From Marsupella aquatica (taxonomy: Eukaryota; Plantae; Marchantiophyta), in the NCBI GenBank assembly GCA_973895155.1, contig OZ316893.1:1674860-1738859 (forward strand): DNA of 64,000 nucleotides. The letters run 5' to 3'. Position 1 is the first letter of the stretch. Every line of letters starts with the position of its first letter. Shown here piece by piece: positions 61,745 through 64,000 of the stretch. Under the pieces are notes generated by a model. That model did no database searches and was not told the origin of the DNA. It saw nothing but the letters and a program-made list of their open reading frames with translations. Position numbers and translations under genes: made by a program.

Positions 61745-64000
61745 GACTTCGGTCTGGCGCAGCAGCTTAAACTACAATTCCAATATCAAATTGCCGGCCC
61801 TCAAACTAGAGAAGGAGATGGGAGAAGTGCGAAATTGATATCTGCGATAGAACAATTGAGCCTTGAACAAACAGTGTAAAATGATTAGCCGGCGTCTATG
61901 ATTGCGAGGCAAACTAAGAGCGCAGAAAATTGAAGACTAAGGACGGAAGGGAGCGGCCCAGGACTGAGAAAGAAAAGGATATGAAGTAGGTGATATGACT
62001 TTGACGGTGATCATTCTTTCAATCCGTTCGAAGCCATAATTATGATGAATTAAAGAAACACCGTACGACTAGAAATAACACTCCTACAGAACGTACGGCT
62101 CAGAGAGTATCGCGGAGTTATGGCGTTCACGGCAAACGAAGCCTCGTGGGAAGACCCAAACAATCAAAGACATACGGACCACCGTAGTGAAGACCACCGA
62201 GAGCCAAGCTTGCATATCACGCTTGGACTCCGACATCTTCGACAGCACCAGTCTACAAGAATGCAAAGCTGCCACTCCGTCCCCCCTTCACTCCCTCCCT
62301 CCTTGTTACACGGGATACGATGTTGGTCTTCGAGCGACCACAACGGATACGAACATGTTACACGAACGCACTCAACGTCGTCGAACAAACTGTTCATGGG
62401 AGTATTCAGAGTCGTTCTCAAATTCCAGGATGTAAATGGAATGTCGTCTGTCCGTGAACCGTGGTGCTACCATCCTGGTTTGCTTCCCAGAGGCAGAGAG
62501 AATAAATGTCTTCTTCGTACGTTTGTGAGTACACGATTCGCCCCAAGGACACCAGTCGTCCACCGTGAACAGTGATAGTTTCGCCGTATCGAGGAAATTC
62601 CGGCCGATCAGAGAAGGCATCCCTTCTTCTTGGACACTCCGCTTCACCGAATAAATAGCTCCTTCGGTGCTTCGGGATTTCCCACAAAATGCCCAATTGA
62701 ATTCGAGATTCCTTAAGTTTTGTCAGGAGCTGGATCATCTTCAGTCCCAGTTCTTAAAAGTGTAGACCAGACAGGGCGATTCGGGCGGAAAGCATCCGAA
62801 GAAACCAGTGGAGGTTGGACACCCGCTAGTGTATGCTAAGCTCGGTTCCATCTGTACGTTCTTAAACTAGTCGACCAACGAGTCAATCAAAGACGATTGA
62901 GAATCAGTACTGGGACACCAGAGTCCAGTCATAACACTGAGGTCGCTCCCAGATATCCAAGAAATTGCAGCCAGCACAAAGCAGCCGTTTCTCGCTGAGT
63001 ACCTTGTCCCAGTCCCGATAACAATACCGCTGTTACTGAAGCTGGGCCGGAGGACATCATTGTCAACTCTTGTGCGAGGGTGTGTGCTGGAAGCGAGCAA
63101 TCAGTCATGTCCTTTGCCAGTCAGAGTAGCATATTCGTGAGCTGAGCATAAATCAATTGTGGAACAATTCCAAACCCGTCCGACTGTGCCATCCCCATAT
63201 ACTTCTCGACGCTCTTTCCTTTTCGTCTGTCTGCCCTCAACAGCAGCAGCTCGAACAACAAGATATGCGGAATGCACAGTGACCGCAGCCCTTCCTGCAA
63301 AGGTCAAGAGGACTGTAGAAGGGAAAGTATGACACTCCGTTCCACATGGAGGAAAACAGGCCCGACCAGCCATTCAGAAGGGAAACGCTGTTCTCCCCCT
63401 CCGTGTTTCTGTGACTTTCCGCGACGTGGGTCGTGAGAGACAATACCACCCAACACAAGCGCGAAGAGCAAGCGAGCCGGCGATGCAACCAGAGGTATCG
63501 CGACAGCATGTTCACATCTTGAATTTCTTTTGTTTCAGTCACTTGCTGGTGAACGATCGAAAGACATGACCCGAGAGCTTCTCAGACGCTAGACCTCCTT
63601 GGCAACACTGAGAATGACTGAGAATGATGATGGTGACAATCATAAGACAATTTCGGAGCCCACCATTCCTCCGCAAAATAAAACAAACGAAACGAAACGT
63701 AACGTAACGAAACAAGTCAACCATCACCGACTCACCAGGGGCTGAACATCGAGCTCCGGCTAGCGGTCCGGGGGACGAAAACCTGTGTTCGCATTTTGTG
63801 CAGCAAACCACCGCCTGCTTCTTCTTCTTGCCCCGTTGCTGCTGCTGCTCCTCTTCCTGCTCCAGCAGCTCTTCGCCGTCGTTCTTCACAGAACGATATG
63901 GCATACGCACAAGAAAAAAAGGAGCAAAAAGGCCGGGACCACGACGCAGGCAGAATCGGCAGAACCACCGAGCACTTCTGTGCTGCTGGATACAAATACA

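Overview
Eukaryotic land-plant nuclear DNA with GT-AG introns. It is probably from a bryophyte such as a liverwort, inferred from the flagellar gene and the long intron-containing leaders. Five host genes are supported: a multi-exon RhoGAP-fold gene whose arginine finger is replaced by Thr (minus, runs off the window start); a FAM183/CFAP144-like flagellar gene (minus); an intronless VAPYRIN (MSP + ankyrin, plus); a two-exon MYND-finger/ZMYND15-like gene (plus); and a TMEM131-like gene (minus). The intergenic DNA is rich in transposons. It holds a young Ty1/copia element (326-bp LTRs, TSD CTTAT) nested antisense in the integrase of an older copia, a solo LTR of the same young family, an unrelated solo LTR next to its own empty site, two MITEs, non-autonomous Helitron-like pieces and two tandem-repeat arrays that each sit just upstream of a gene. 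There is also an inverted, decayed duplicate of the CFAP144-like gene interior and a decayed At1g05950-like pseudogene. I found no rRNA, tRNA or CRISPR array, and I cannot support a wholly new multi-gene system. The strongest leads are the pseudo-GAP, the inverted CFAP144 duplicate, VAPYRIN with its upstream minisatellite, and the defective but apparently recent copia with structured LTRs. All family assignments come from recalled motif resemblance, not database searches.
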